From IMG/VR virus record IMGVR_UViG_3300027754_000035: 64,000 nt of DNA. The stretch is one strand, 5' to 3'. Below are positions 1 through 8,477 of the stretch, piece after piece. Position 1 is the stretch's first letter; the number at the start of each line of letters is the position of its first letter. The position numbers and the translations under genes were made by a program. The notes beneath the pieces are model-generated. The model had not been told where the DNA came from, searched no databases, and saw only the letters and a program-made list of their open reading frames with translations. Origin of the DNA: a virus (lineage: Duplodnaviria; Caudoviricetes).

Positions 1-1
1 G

Positions 2-127
2 CTTGGTGCTGGCAAGCAGTATCGCATCAAGGTCACCAGCGATGGCAAGGTGTGCTTTCGCCTCACCAGCTACAGCCATGCGTTTCCCTACGATGGTGGC
101 GACTGCTTCTTCAGCGAGTGGCATTGA
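2..127 (+). CDS. 3' end of a hypothetical protein (5'-truncated by window edge)
   Basis: Frame 2 is open from the window start (LGAGKQYRIKVTSDGKVCFRLTSYSHAFPYDGGDCFFSEWH*); C/G-ending codons, clearly more GC-rich than the rest of the window. Confidence 0.55.
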   Translation, partial: LGAGKQYRIKVTSDGKVCFRLTSYSHAFPYDGGDCFFSEWH

Positions 128-164
128 ACCAAGCATGGGGGGGTGCCGTGCAGCAATCAAACCA

Positions 165-325
165 GCCGGGGGGTAGCCCGGGCCCTGTGCCAAAAATACA
201 ACTAACCGGGGGTGCATACGCCTATCCCCTGCTCAAATTGCCAACTAACCGGGGGAGCCCGGGGCGGGCCCTGTGTCAAGTGGTTCTGAACATGCAGGGC
301 CCGGGGCCTTGACACCCGGGGTGAG
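165..325. repeat. Cluster of GC-rich imperfect direct/inverted repeats
   Basis: Recurrent aaccggggg / gcccggg / ccctgtg(c/t)caa units. Confidence 0.6.
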
Positions 326-497
326 AGCTTTGCAACACGCACGGCAGTTTTTGCGGTTCAAAGCAGCATATGTTGCTATGCGGTGTTTATTTGTGGTATT
401 TTGGTGTGTGAGTTATTGAGTATGGGGGCCCTGACATTATTTTTTTATTGTGGTGGTAAAAATTGTGTGTATAATCTACATATGCTTATTGGTATAT

Positions 498-570
498 TGA
501 TTGATTTGTGTGAATGATTGAATGATTGAATGATTGAATGATTGAATGAATGATTGATTTGTGTGAATGA
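498..570 (+). repeat. 8-nt tandem repeat (TGAATGAT) flanked by a direct repeat
   Basis: Four perfect copies at 511-542 plus degenerate copies; gattgatttgtgtgaatga occurs on both sides. Confidence 0.85.
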
Positions 571-889
571 ATGAAGTATATGAAGTATGATATAGAATAT
601 ATGCAGTATGTGTATGGAGTGATGTTTACGGTATTTTTTAATATAGGGCCTATATTTCAGATATTGAGTATAATGCGGTGTCGGTGCAGTCGCAATGTGA
701 GTTACAGTATGTATGTGTGTGGTATACTGGGGCAACTGTGTGTGATACAGTATTTGCGAGTTACGTATGTGAGTGGTATTTTTAATTATATCAACAGTAT
801 CTTGGGAATTGTGTTGAATGTTGTTGTGATTGTGTGTATAGTTATGTATCGGCCTCGAAGCAGGCAATGATACAACTATATATCTAGAT

Positions 890-1291
890 ATGAGATTATT
901 ACAATTTGTTCGTGATATGGTGGACAATGTGCGTTATGGGTGTTGGGGTTGCAATCGCAGCAACATGCGTATGTTCAACACGCAATTTAGTGCGTATATG
1001 TTGCCCAGGGTGACGTATTTGATTGATCATATGGATGTTGGTGGTACTAATGTGCCCGATTTATTGGATCCTGTGAGTGGCAACAGTATTGGCACCATGA
1101 GTGTTGATGAGTGGCGCAATGTGTTGTTAAACATACAATTTGCGTTGCAGTATGATACTACTGGTATAAATTTGCCACGGGGCAACAATTGGGATACTGA
1201 CGAGTATCTGAATAATGAGATGCCCAAGATACGCAGGTTTAGTTTGGGAATGCGGCAATTGGGATTGTACTACAGTTATTTGTGGAATTGA
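890..1291 (+). CDS. hypothetical protein
   Basis: 133-aa ORF with ordinary protein-like composition; no recognised motif. Confidence 0.55.
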   Translation: MRLLQFVRDMVDNVRYGCWGCNRSNMRMFNTQFSAYMLPRVTYLIDHMDVGGTNVPDLLDPVSGNSIGTMSVDEWRNVLLNIQFALQYDTTGINLPRGNNWDTDEYLNNEMPKIRRFSLGMRQLGLYYSYLWN

Positions 1292-1298
1292 ATTGATT

Positions 1299-1586
1299 AT
1301 GAGCGAAATTAAAGTAAGTAAAAACGTCACAATCACCATCAAAGGTCAAACCTTTATTTTGAGTGATTGTGAGGCAATTGAATTGTTTAATAAACTAAAA
1401 GATGCTGGTGTGAACGATCATACGATTAAATATCCGATGAATCCTGCACCTCATATGGATTGGCCTGCATGGCCTGCGCCATTTGTTCCATCGCCTGGGT
1501 ATCCTAGTTCGCCGATTTGGTGCGATGGTGGTGAACGTACTGTGCCGTCGGGCACCAAGTTCTTTGGCGATGGAATTCTTGGTTGA
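1299..1586 (+). CDS. hypothetical protein (Pro-rich C-terminus)
   Basis: ATG 1299 (MSEIKVSK) immediately follows the previous stop; in frame with the track ORF. Confidence 0.65.
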   Translation: MSEIKVSKNVTITIKGQTFILSDCEAIELFNKLKDAGVNDHTIKYPMNPAPHMDWPAWPAPFVPSPGYPSSPIWCDGGERTVPSGTKFFGDGILG

Positions 1587-1588
1587 AT

Positions 1589-1945
1589 ATGACTAAATAT
1601 GTTAAATTGATTGCCAGGCCCAATACTTGGTTTAAGGCGGCAACAGAAGTGTTTGATTATGATTCTGATGAATATGGCAAAAGAATTACGCTTGAGTCAT
1701 ACAATAAATGGTTAGAATCTGGAACTATTTTAGCTAGAGGCATTCATATTAATGAAGATAGTGTTGAAGCTGAGGATGGTGAATTGTGTGGTATCAATGA
1801 ATTTGATATGACTATTGTGGATGATGAAAAGAATATTGCGTGGCCACAGCCATTGGGTGAAATCTTAAAAGAGGCGGGTGTAACCATTGACAAAAAAACC
1901 AGAAAACAAAATTTTGAAGATGGCATACGATATATTCAAGGTTGA
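1589..1945 (+). CDS. hypothetical protein, paralog of 4138..4467
   Basis: Shared KYVKLIARPNTWFKA.TEV.DY N-terminus and DGE.C...EFD motif. Confidence 0.8.
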   Translation: MTKYVKLIARPNTWFKAATEVFDYDSDEYGKRITLESYNKWLESGTILARGIHINEDSVEAEDGELCGINEFDMTIVDDEKNIAWPQPLGEILKEAGVTIDKKTRKQNFEDGIRYIQG

Positions 1946-1970
1946 CGTTCAGGTATTTCCGTGGTAAAGT
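1942..1970 (+). promoter_or_regulatory. sigma70-type early promoter (near-leaderless)
   Basis: TTGACG-17-TAAAGT with TG extension; ATG 6 nt after the -10; near-identical to 2273-2301. Confidence 0.75.
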
Positions 1971-1976
1971 AAGTGT

Positions 1977-2276
1977 ATGAAACATTGTCTTAAACAGAGA
2001 GAAAAACTTAAAAAGAAGTTTACTTTTGTTACAACTGGATTTGATGGCCCGTGGGAAAAAGATGAGGTAACTATTAATTTTCAGAAACAAACGAAGAAGA
2101 AAGATGATTATCATAAATTTTGCTCAAGAATTTCTATGTGGGGAACGGATGATTTTGGTATGGAATTGTTGAATGTTTGTGAAAAAGACTTTCGTGATAT
2201 GATTAATCTATGCATAAAAACAAACAATACTCCATCTATTGATGTTCTGAAAAAAATGGGGTATATCTTTTGTTGA
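1977..2276 (+). CDS. hypothetical protein
   Basis: 99-aa ORF directly behind a promoter. Confidence 0.7.
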   Translation: MKHCLKQREKLKKKFTFVTTGFDGPWEKDEVTINFQKQTKKKDDYHKFCSRISMWGTDDFGMELLNVCEKDFRDMINLCIKTNNTPSIDVLKKMGYIFC

Positions 2277-2301
2277 CGCTCAGGTATTTCTGTGGTAAAG
2301 T
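2273..2301 (+). promoter_or_regulatory. sigma70-type early promoter
   Basis: TTGACG-17-TAAAGT; ATG at 2309. Confidence 0.75.
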
Positions 2302-2308
2302 AACTAGT

Positions 2309-2719
2309 ATGAATCAAGAACTAAAATTTAGAATTTGTTATACCGCACAAAATGGACAAAAGTCACTCATTTATAGTGATAATGAGAGATTTCTAATTAC
2401 TTTAGATGGAAAAGTTCTTGAAAATTACGGCAATGACAAAAGTCCGTGTTGGGAAGCTCCATTTGATGTGGATGAGATACCAATAATCCAACAATACACC
2501 GGCTTGAAAGATAAGAATGGCAAAGAAATATATGAGGGTGATATCATTTATCATAAAAACTATAAAGTATATTGTCAATGTATCTGGGATGTAGAAAGAC
2601 TTACATATCGTTGGGTAGGCAAAAATGTGAGTTTACCTATAGATACCCGTGATGATAATATGACATTAAAAGAAAAAATTGTCGGTAACATCTTTGAGAC
2701 TCCCAATTTGATTAAATAA
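2309..2719 (+). CDS. YopX family protein
   Basis: ELKFR...QQYTGLKDKNGKEIYEGDII...VGNIFE signature. Confidence 0.9.
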   Translation: MNQELKFRICYTAQNGQKSLIYSDNERFLITLDGKVLENYGNDKSPCWEAPFDVDEIPIIQQYTGLKDKNGKEIYEGDIIYHKNYKVYCQCIWDVERLTYRWVGKNVSLPIDTRDDNMTLKEKIVGNIFETPNLIK

Positions 2720-2720
2720 T

Positions 2721-3116
2721 ATGAGAGAATTAAAATTTAGAGTGTGGTCTGTAGACGATAAACAATTTGTAAAATCAATTTATCATGCTCACACTGAATG
2801 TTATATATTCATCCATGCCATGTTTGGAAATCCTGTCATATTTTCTCAATACGGCGAAGAAGTTGAATTGGATGAAACGAAATATATTATTCAACAATAC
2901 ACAGGTTGTCACGATTCTACTAACAAAGAAATTTATGAAGGAGATATACTTGCATATAATCATGGAAATGGAATCAACATCGGTTATGTTGGATTTACAT
3001 CTGGAATTTTCTTTTTGAATTATTCGGATGAAAATAATGATGAACTTGGATATTTGTTGGTGAGCAATATTAAAATCATCGGTAATATTTTTGAGGATCC
3101 CGAATTAATTAAATAA
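2721..3116 (+). CDS. YopX family protein
   Basis: MRELKFRVW...QQYTGCHD..NKEIYEGDIL...IIGNIFEDPELI. Confidence 0.9.
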   Translation: MRELKFRVWSVDDKQFVKSIYHAHTECYIFIHAMFGNPVIFSQYGEEVELDETKYIIQQYTGCHDSTNKEIYEGDILAYNHGNGINIGYVGFTSGIFFLNYSDENNDELGYLLVSNIKIIGNIFEDPELIK

Positions 3117-3117
3117 T

Positions 3118-3642
3118 ATGAGAGAACTAAAATTTAGAATATGGGACAAAGTAGATAACCAATATCTTAAAGAGTTAGGTGTCTATTATTGGCACGTCTC
3201 CCGCAGCTTGGACGGTAAAGAGTTAGAGGGTGAGGCTAATTTATATGATCTATCTATATTGTTGCAGCATGAAAGTTTTGTCGTCCAGCAATACACAGGA
3301 TTGACCGATTGTAAAGGAAACAACATATACGAAGGTGACATAATCAAAGAAACGCATTTTGAAGGCTGGAACGACGCCGTAGGCTTTGATTATTTTGGAG
3401 TAGTTAAGCATGTAGTTTATACTGATGAAACTAGTGGACATCAATTTTCTAGATATTCTTCATTTCCTAAGCTGCAAGCTATGACTGGCTTTGCTGGCAA
3501 TCCGATTGGGGTCAAGTGTGAGGTTGTTGGAAATATTTTTGGATTTCCTTGCAGGCCCGATCATAATGGTGAATGTTTGATTTGCGATTGTTGGTTATCG
3601 GATTGTCCAATGGTAGATTTGGTTAAACTTGACTTGTTATAA
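3118..3642 (+). CDS. YopX family protein with Cys-rich C-terminal extension
   Basis: MRELKFRIWD...QQYTGLTDCKGNNIYEGDII...VVGNIF, followed by a C..DHNGECLICDCWLSDC tail. Confidence 0.88.
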   Translation: MRELKFRIWDKVDNQYLKELGVYYWHVSRSLDGKELEGEANLYDLSILLQHESFVVQQYTGLTDCKGNNIYEGDIIKETHFEGWNDAVGFDYFGVVKHVVYTDETSGHQFSRYSSFPKLQAMTGFAGNPIGVKCEVVGNIFGFPCRPDHNGECLICDCWLSDCPMVDLVKLDLL

Positions 3643-3657
3643 AGTGTGTTGTAAAGT
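3629..3657 (+). promoter_or_regulatory. sigma70-type early promoter (near-leaderless)
   Basis: TTGACT-17-TAAAGT; ATG 6 nt downstream. Confidence 0.7.
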
Positions 3658-3663
3658 AAAGTT

Positions 3664-3852
3664 ATGAAGACTCGCAAGCAATTGAATATATTTGAAATGA
3701 GTGTTGATGAATTTGTTCGACACGAAGAGAAAGAAAGACGGAGGAAAAATCTATGCGACGAATGCCGTGGTTCTGGCAAAATAGCAGAGGCTGGAATCTT
3801 TAGCAAATATTACAAATGTGAAAAATGCAAGGGAAGCGGGAAAAATAAATAA
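3664..3852 (+). CDS. small protein with DnaJ-type CxxCxGxG zinc-finger repeats
   Basis: CDECRGSG and CEKCKGSG. Confidence 0.75.
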   Translation: MKTRKQLNIFEMSVDEFVRHEEKERRRKNLCDECRGSGKIAEAGIFSKYYKCEKCKGSGKNK

Positions 3853-3861
3853 GATTAAATT

Positions 3862-4137
3862 ATGACTAAACCTATAGGAGCTACGCAACAGCATATAAAA
3901 AACAAACCCAATAAAAAAGAACAATTTGATGCATTAAACAAAGCAACTTTACATGCACTTAGGACCGCAGGTTTAACCCGTGAACGCATGGAAAAAACTG
4001 AACAGATGTTAAAGAATAAAGAATTTGTTTCGGGTGAAGAATATGAACAGTATTTATTGGATTGTGAATATTTTCACCGGCACACACCATTAAAAATTTA
4101 CGAACATCTATTTGCTATCAAAAAAATTAAGGATTGA
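3862..4137 (+). CDS. hypothetical protein
   Basis: 91-aa ORF in tight operon spacing. Confidence 0.7.
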   Translation: MTKPIGATQQHIKNKPNKKEQFDALNKATLHALRTAGLTRERMEKTEQMLKNKEFVSGEEYEQYLLDCEYFHRHTPLKIYEHLFAIKKIKD

Positions 4138-4467
4138 ATGAAATATGTTAAATTAATTGCCAGGCCCAATACTTGGTTCAAAGCTGGCACTGAGGTGTAT
4201 GATTACAATAAATACGGCAAGCGGCTCACGCTTGTGGAGCTTGAAAAATGGGCACATGCTTTTCAGGGCTACATCAAAATAGAAAACGACACCATCACGG
4301 CTGTCAAAGGCAGTATTTTAGTTACGGGTATTCGTGTGTGTAAATATGATTATGAATTGGAACTTGGTTACAAGGTGGGTGAAGAGCGACAAGATGGTGA
4401 GCAGTGTAGTCTTGATGAATTTGATATAGAAATTATTGACGGTGAAAAAGTTGTTGACTTTGTATAA
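4138..4467 (+). CDS. hypothetical protein, paralog of 1589..1945
   Basis: MKYVKLIARPNTWFKAGTEVYDY. Confidence 0.8.
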   Translation: MKYVKLIARPNTWFKAGTEVYDYNKYGKRLTLVELEKWAHAFQGYIKIENDTITAVKGSILVTGIRVCKYDYELELGYKVGEERQDGEQCSLDEFDIEIIDGEKVVDFV

Positions 4468-4482
4468 ACTGGGTGGTATATT
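4454..4482 (+). promoter_or_regulatory. sigma70-type promoter
   Basis: TTGACT-17-TATATT upstream of the RNA ligase ATG. Confidence 0.65.
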
Positions 4483-4491
4483 TAGTGTATT

Positions 4492-5505
4492 ATGACTATT
4501 GAACGTAAATTGGCTAGTGTTGTTCGGATTGTGGACATTCAACCCATTGTTGGTGCTGATGCCATTGAGTTGGTCGGTGTCAAGGGTTGGAAGGTTGTGG
4601 TCAAGAAAAATGAGTTCAAGGTGAATGATTTGGCTGTTTATTACGAGATTGACAGCTTTTTGCCAATTCGTCCACAGTTTGAGTTTCTACGCAGAAGTAG
4701 TTATAAGCGTATGGGTGCTGTTGAGGGGTTTCGTCTCAAGACCATTCGTTTGCGTGGGCAGATCAGTCAGGGTTTATTGACTCCGATTCCGGAGGGTATA
4801 ATTGAGGCTCAGGAAGGTGATGACTTGACACAGGCACTTGATATTGTCAAGTATGAGCCGCCAATTTCTGCTCAATTGGCTGGGTATATCAAGGGTGTAT
4901 TTCCGGGTTTTATTCCCAAGACTGATGAAACTCGTATACAGAACTTTGAGGGTGACACAGGCTTTTTGCCACTGGGTGAGCGGGTGTACATCACTGAAAA
5001 GTTGGATGGTACCAGTTTCACTTGTTACTTCAACAATGGAGTATTTGGTGTATGTGGGCGCAACTGGGAATTGAGTGACACTGACGACAACAGTTTGTGG
5101 CGTATGGCTAAAATGTTGGAGTTGCAGGCAAAGTTGACTGCACACGGCAAAAACATTGCGCTTCAAGGAGAACTGATTGGTGCTGGTATCAATGGTAATT
5201 TGTATAAATTGAGCGACCACAAGTTGTATTTTTTTACTGGTTACGATATTGATACTGGCCGCCGTCTGTATTTTGATGAACTAAAGTGGTTGTTGTTTAG
5301 GTTGAATGTACCTATGGTGCCTGTGCTTGAACAGCATGAATATGTGTTGCCTACTGAGAATTTGGTGGACGCCATGTTGCGGTATGCTGATGGCAAGAGT
5401 GTATTGAACGCAGATGTTGATCGTGAAGGTGTGGTGGTACGTGGTCTTGATCGTGAGTTTAGTTTCAAGGCTATCAGCAACACATATTTGCTACAGAGTG
5501 AGTAA
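4492..5505 (+). CDS. ATP-dependent RNA ligase, DRB0094/Rnl2-like family
   Basis: N-terminal RKLASVVRI..I.PI.GADAIE module; motif I TEKLDGTS; LQGELIG; REGVV; FKAIS. Confidence 0.92.
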   Translation: MTIERKLASVVRIVDIQPIVGADAIELVGVKGWKVVVKKNEFKVNDLAVYYEIDSFLPIRPQFEFLRRSSYKRMGAVEGFRLKTIRLRGQISQGLLTPIPEGIIEAQEGDDLTQALDIVKYEPPISAQLAGYIKGVFPGFIPKTDETRIQNFEGDTGFLPLGERVYITEKLDGTSFTCYFNNGVFGVCGRNWELSDTDDNSLWRMAKMLELQAKLTAHGKNIALQGELIGAGINGNLYKLSDHKLYFFTGYDIDTGRRLYFDELKWLLFRLNVPMVPVLEQHEYVLPTENLVDAMLRYADGKSVLNADVDREGVVVRGLDREFSFKAISNTYLLQSE

Positions 5506-5525
5506 CTTGGTGTAAAAACTTACAG

Positions 5526-5550
5526 GCCCCATCTAGCGATGGGGCTTTTT
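5526..5550. terminator. intrinsic terminator between convergent genes
   Basis: gccccatc-tagc-gatggggc followed by a T run. Confidence 0.85.
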
Positions 5551-5554
5551 TATT

Positions 5555-6409
5555 TTAGAATAGATGTGTGTAATCGTAGTTGAACAATTCATTGATTTTC
5601 ATAATTTTATCTGCTCGGCAGAAGTGATGATCTCGGCAGAAGTGATGATCAATGAATTGTTGTATTTTGTTTTCAACTATCCATGTGTGATCTGTGCCCA
5701 GAATGGTACCATCGTATTTTCCAAAAACGTGAGTGTAGCGTTGTATTAATTTATCTTGATCATATAATTTTGCGTGTAACATTATCAAATTTGGGTCATT
5801 TCTACTGAATTCTGAAAATGCAATTTCGTTGCTTGCTGAGTGAAAGCCTGCTGCATAATTCAAAAAGTAGTTAGCAGCTGATGGTTTATCGTATGCGGTT
5901 ATTCTATAGCAATATTGTCGTTGTTGTAGTATGTTGAGGTTGTCATTGAATTTGGATTCTAGCGTGGGAATGTGTATGATGTTGTAGCCTGTGGTGATGC
6001 AGACACGGTGATCTCCAATAAATGGTGACCATTTGGTGTGTCTTTTTGTATTGGCGTCTATATTTGGTCTACAATCTAATTGTTGCAGCAAGTATTGTCT
6101 TAAATTTTGTTGATTGCGTGTCACCAAGAATTCGTCAACGTCCAAATATAAAATGGATTGATATTCATCGACCAAACGAGTTATATGTGTGTCGGCCAAA
6201 TCTTGGATCCACATAATGTTGTATTTGTTGGGAGTTGGATTGAATGCTGGTATTACGTTGGCATCAATATTGGTTGTGGAGCCGTCGGAGGTATTATCGT
6301 CCAGAATGTATATGTCTTGTGCGTCAAAATAATTGCGATAGTATTGCAACCATTTTGGCAAAAAGTATGGTTCATTTTTTACGGTTGTGAGCAAAGCGAT
6401 TGGTTTCAT
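5555..6409 (-). CDS. glycosyltransferase family 2-like (Glyco_tranf_2_4 type)
   Basis: IALLTTVKNEPYFLPKWLQYY, ILDDNTSDGST, YLDVDEF. Confidence 0.85.
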   Translation of the reverse strand: MKPIALLTTVKNEPYFLPKWLQYYRNYFDAQDIYILDDNTSDGSTTNIDANVIPAFNPTPNKYNIMWIQDLADTHITRLVDEYQSILYLDVDEFLVTRNQQNLRQYLLQQLDCRPNIDANTKRHTKWSPFIGDHRVCITTGYNIIHIPTLESKFNDNLNILQQRQYCYRITAYDKPSAANYFLNYAAGFHSASNEIAFSEFSRNDPNLIMLHAKLYDQDKLIQRYTHVFGKYDGTILGTDHTWIVENKIQQFIDHHFCRDHHFCRADKIMKINELFNYDYTHLF

Positions 6410-6415
6410 AATTAT

Positions 6416-7210
6416 TTAGAATAGATGTGTGTAATCGTAGTGTATAAGTTGACTCAAATGGTGTACGCTACCATTGAAGCGTTGGGGAAAGTGATAATCT
6501 AAAAACTGTTGTGGTTGATTATCTATTATATACAAATGATCTGAGATTGGTGCGCCAGGCTCAAATTTGCTGAATTGGTGTAATACTTGTTGATATCGTT
6601 GCGCTGTATATTGCATATCAAACAATTTGGCGTGTAGCAGCAAAGCACCTGCGTCGTTGCGTTGATGTTGTGAGTGCCATTGTTCATTGGTTGCCGAGTG
6701 TTGTCCAGTATTGAATTTCAATGCATAGTTAGCGCAGTATGGTTTGTTATATGGTATACAATCATTGGCATATTGTCGTTGACTCAAAATATTTTTGGTA
6801 AAGTCGAATGTTGTTTCTCCTTTTTCTGGATAATGGATTATGTTCCAACCTGTTGATATCAAACAATTGATACCATTATTGATTTGTTGTTCAATGTATG
6901 ATCGTAGATTTGGGTTGTGTGTTGGCACAATAAATTCATCAACGTCCACGTACATCACGTATTTGTAATCGTGCAGTAGAGTTTCAAATTGCAATCGTAC
7001 ATGTTGTGTCAACCATTGCCAGTCAAGGTTGTGGTTACCAACGAGCAGTTGTGTACGTATGTGTATATTATTGGTGCAGCCGTCATCACTGTTGTTGTTG
7101 AGCACCAACATGTCTTGGAGATCAAAGAACTGGCTGTAGTATTGAATCCATTTTTTTAGAAAGTAGGATTCGTTCTTTACGACGGTAAATATGGCAATAT
7201 CTCGTTTCAT
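6416..7210 (-). CDS. glycosyltransferase family 2-like, tandem paralog of 5555..6409
   Basis: IAIFTVVKNESYFLKKWIQYY, YVDVDEF; identical C-terminus YDYTHLF. Confidence 0.85.
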   Translation of the reverse strand: MKRDIAIFTVVKNESYFLKKWIQYYSQFFDLQDMLVLNNNSDDGCTNNIHIRTQLLVGNHNLDWQWLTQHVRLQFETLLHDYKYVMYVDVDEFIVPTHNPNLRSYIEQQINNGINCLISTGWNIIHYPEKGETTFDFTKNILSQRQYANDCIPYNKPYCANYALKFNTGQHSATNEQWHSQHQRNDAGALLLHAKLFDMQYTAQRYQQVLHQFSKFEPGAPISDHLYIIDNQPQQFLDYHFPQRFNGSVHHLSQLIHYDYTHLF

Positions 7211-7237
7211 ATAACAACAATACATATGTATGTGTAT

Positions 7238-8419
7238 ATGTTTGATAAAAATGCCAGTTGTGTTTTGATATCTGTGAGTGATCCGTTGTTGATGTATATA
7301 CGAATACTTAATTGGCGCAATAGGCTACAATACTTGTTTGATAATTTGTTTATTGCTGTGAGTCCAGGTCCAACTGATAGAGATGCTGCTGAATTGACTC
7401 AGGTACGGCAATATTTTGATCAACTCACACAGAATGATCCCAGAATCAAGATTGATTATTTGGATATAGGTGAAGGTAATCATGGTGTAAATATACGCAC
7501 TGTGTTGAGTAAAAATTGGGATCAAATACGTGACATTGTTTTGATCATGGAGGATGATGATTTTATTGTCAACACTGATACGTTGCAGATGTATATGGAC
7601 AAAATCAGAAATGGTGATGTTGATTATGTGGGTGAAGTGCGTGGGTGTACCAACAACAATGATTTATTGGCGTTTGAGCGAAAGATTGGTATTGAAGATA
7701 ATCTTGTTGAATCTGGTTTGAAAAATGATTTGTATTGTTTGCATTACCATCCGACTCATTTTTTGATTCGCAAGCAACATCTACGACCCGACGATATATT
7801 TGAGGCACACAATCTTCCTGTGGGATCTAAAATCAATATGCGGGGTCGTGAGTTTTCGGTGGACATGGATACTTCTATGGACACGTTTGTGTATTTCAGC
7901 ATTAATTTGATGAATCGCATAAATCGTGGCTATGAGCATTGTATGTATCAACAAAACATATCTGAATACAGTGACAAATTTGCGTACTGCTTTTATCAGG
8001 GTATTCATCATCCTTGGTTGCAAGATGGTGGTGATTTTGAACAGATGGCTACAACTCGCTATCATTTTCATATTGGGTCAGCGACGTGTTTGGGTAGATT
8101 CGGATTTGAGACTCACAGTATTTTGACCCAACCAATGTTTGAAGAAATGGATAATTATCGATATGATTCGGATTTGCAATACACCGTAATTGAAATTTAT
8201 CGTAGATATTATGTATATAAATGCGCATTTGATACTGTAAAAGACGATGTTGAGTTTGTTCCTTTTGTTAAAACTTACAATCAAAATTTCACTCAAGCCG
8301 AGCAGTATTTTGAAAAAATAGACTTTGATGGTATTCTAAAAAGTAAAGACCAAGTATTTATATCTAAGAAAGTATATGAAGTTGTATTCAAACACATTGC
8401 TGGCACATATTCGCTCTGA
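7238..8419 (+). CDS. putative GT-A fold glycosyltransferase-like protein
   Basis: Long ORF with a VLIMEDDDFI (DxD-like) motif, adjacent to GT genes. Confidence 0.55.
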   Translation: MFDKNASCVLISVSDPLLMYIRILNWRNRLQYLFDNLFIAVSPGPTDRDAAELTQVRQYFDQLTQNDPRIKIDYLDIGEGNHGVNIRTVLSKNWDQIRDIVLIMEDDDFIVNTDTLQMYMDKIRNGDVDYVGEVRGCTNNNDLLAFERKIGIEDNLVESGLKNDLYCLHYHPTHFLIRKQHLRPDDIFEAHNLPVGSKINMRGREFSVDMDTSMDTFVYFSINLMNRINRGYEHCMYQQNISEYSDKFAYCFYQGIHHPWLQDGGDFEQMATTRYHFHIGSATCLGRFGFETHSILTQPMFEEMDNYRYDSDLQYTVIEIYRRYYVYKCAFDTVKDDVEFVPFVKTYNQNFTQAEQYFEKIDFDGILKSKDQVFISKKVYEVVFKHIAGTYSL

Positions 8420-8477
8420 TCGATTTTTGTAAAGAACTATTGTTTTATTACTATTTATAGTAACATAGGTTAATAAT

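Noticed and set aside
498-570. CRISPR array
   Set aside because: 8-nt adjacent repeats without spacers; no cas genes. No CRISPR array was seen anywhere in the window.
445-927. 160-aa minus-strand and 99-aa plus-strand ORFs
   Set aside because: His/Ile/Thr- or Val/Met-rich translations arise from the G/T-skewed low-complexity DNA; they do not look like proteins.
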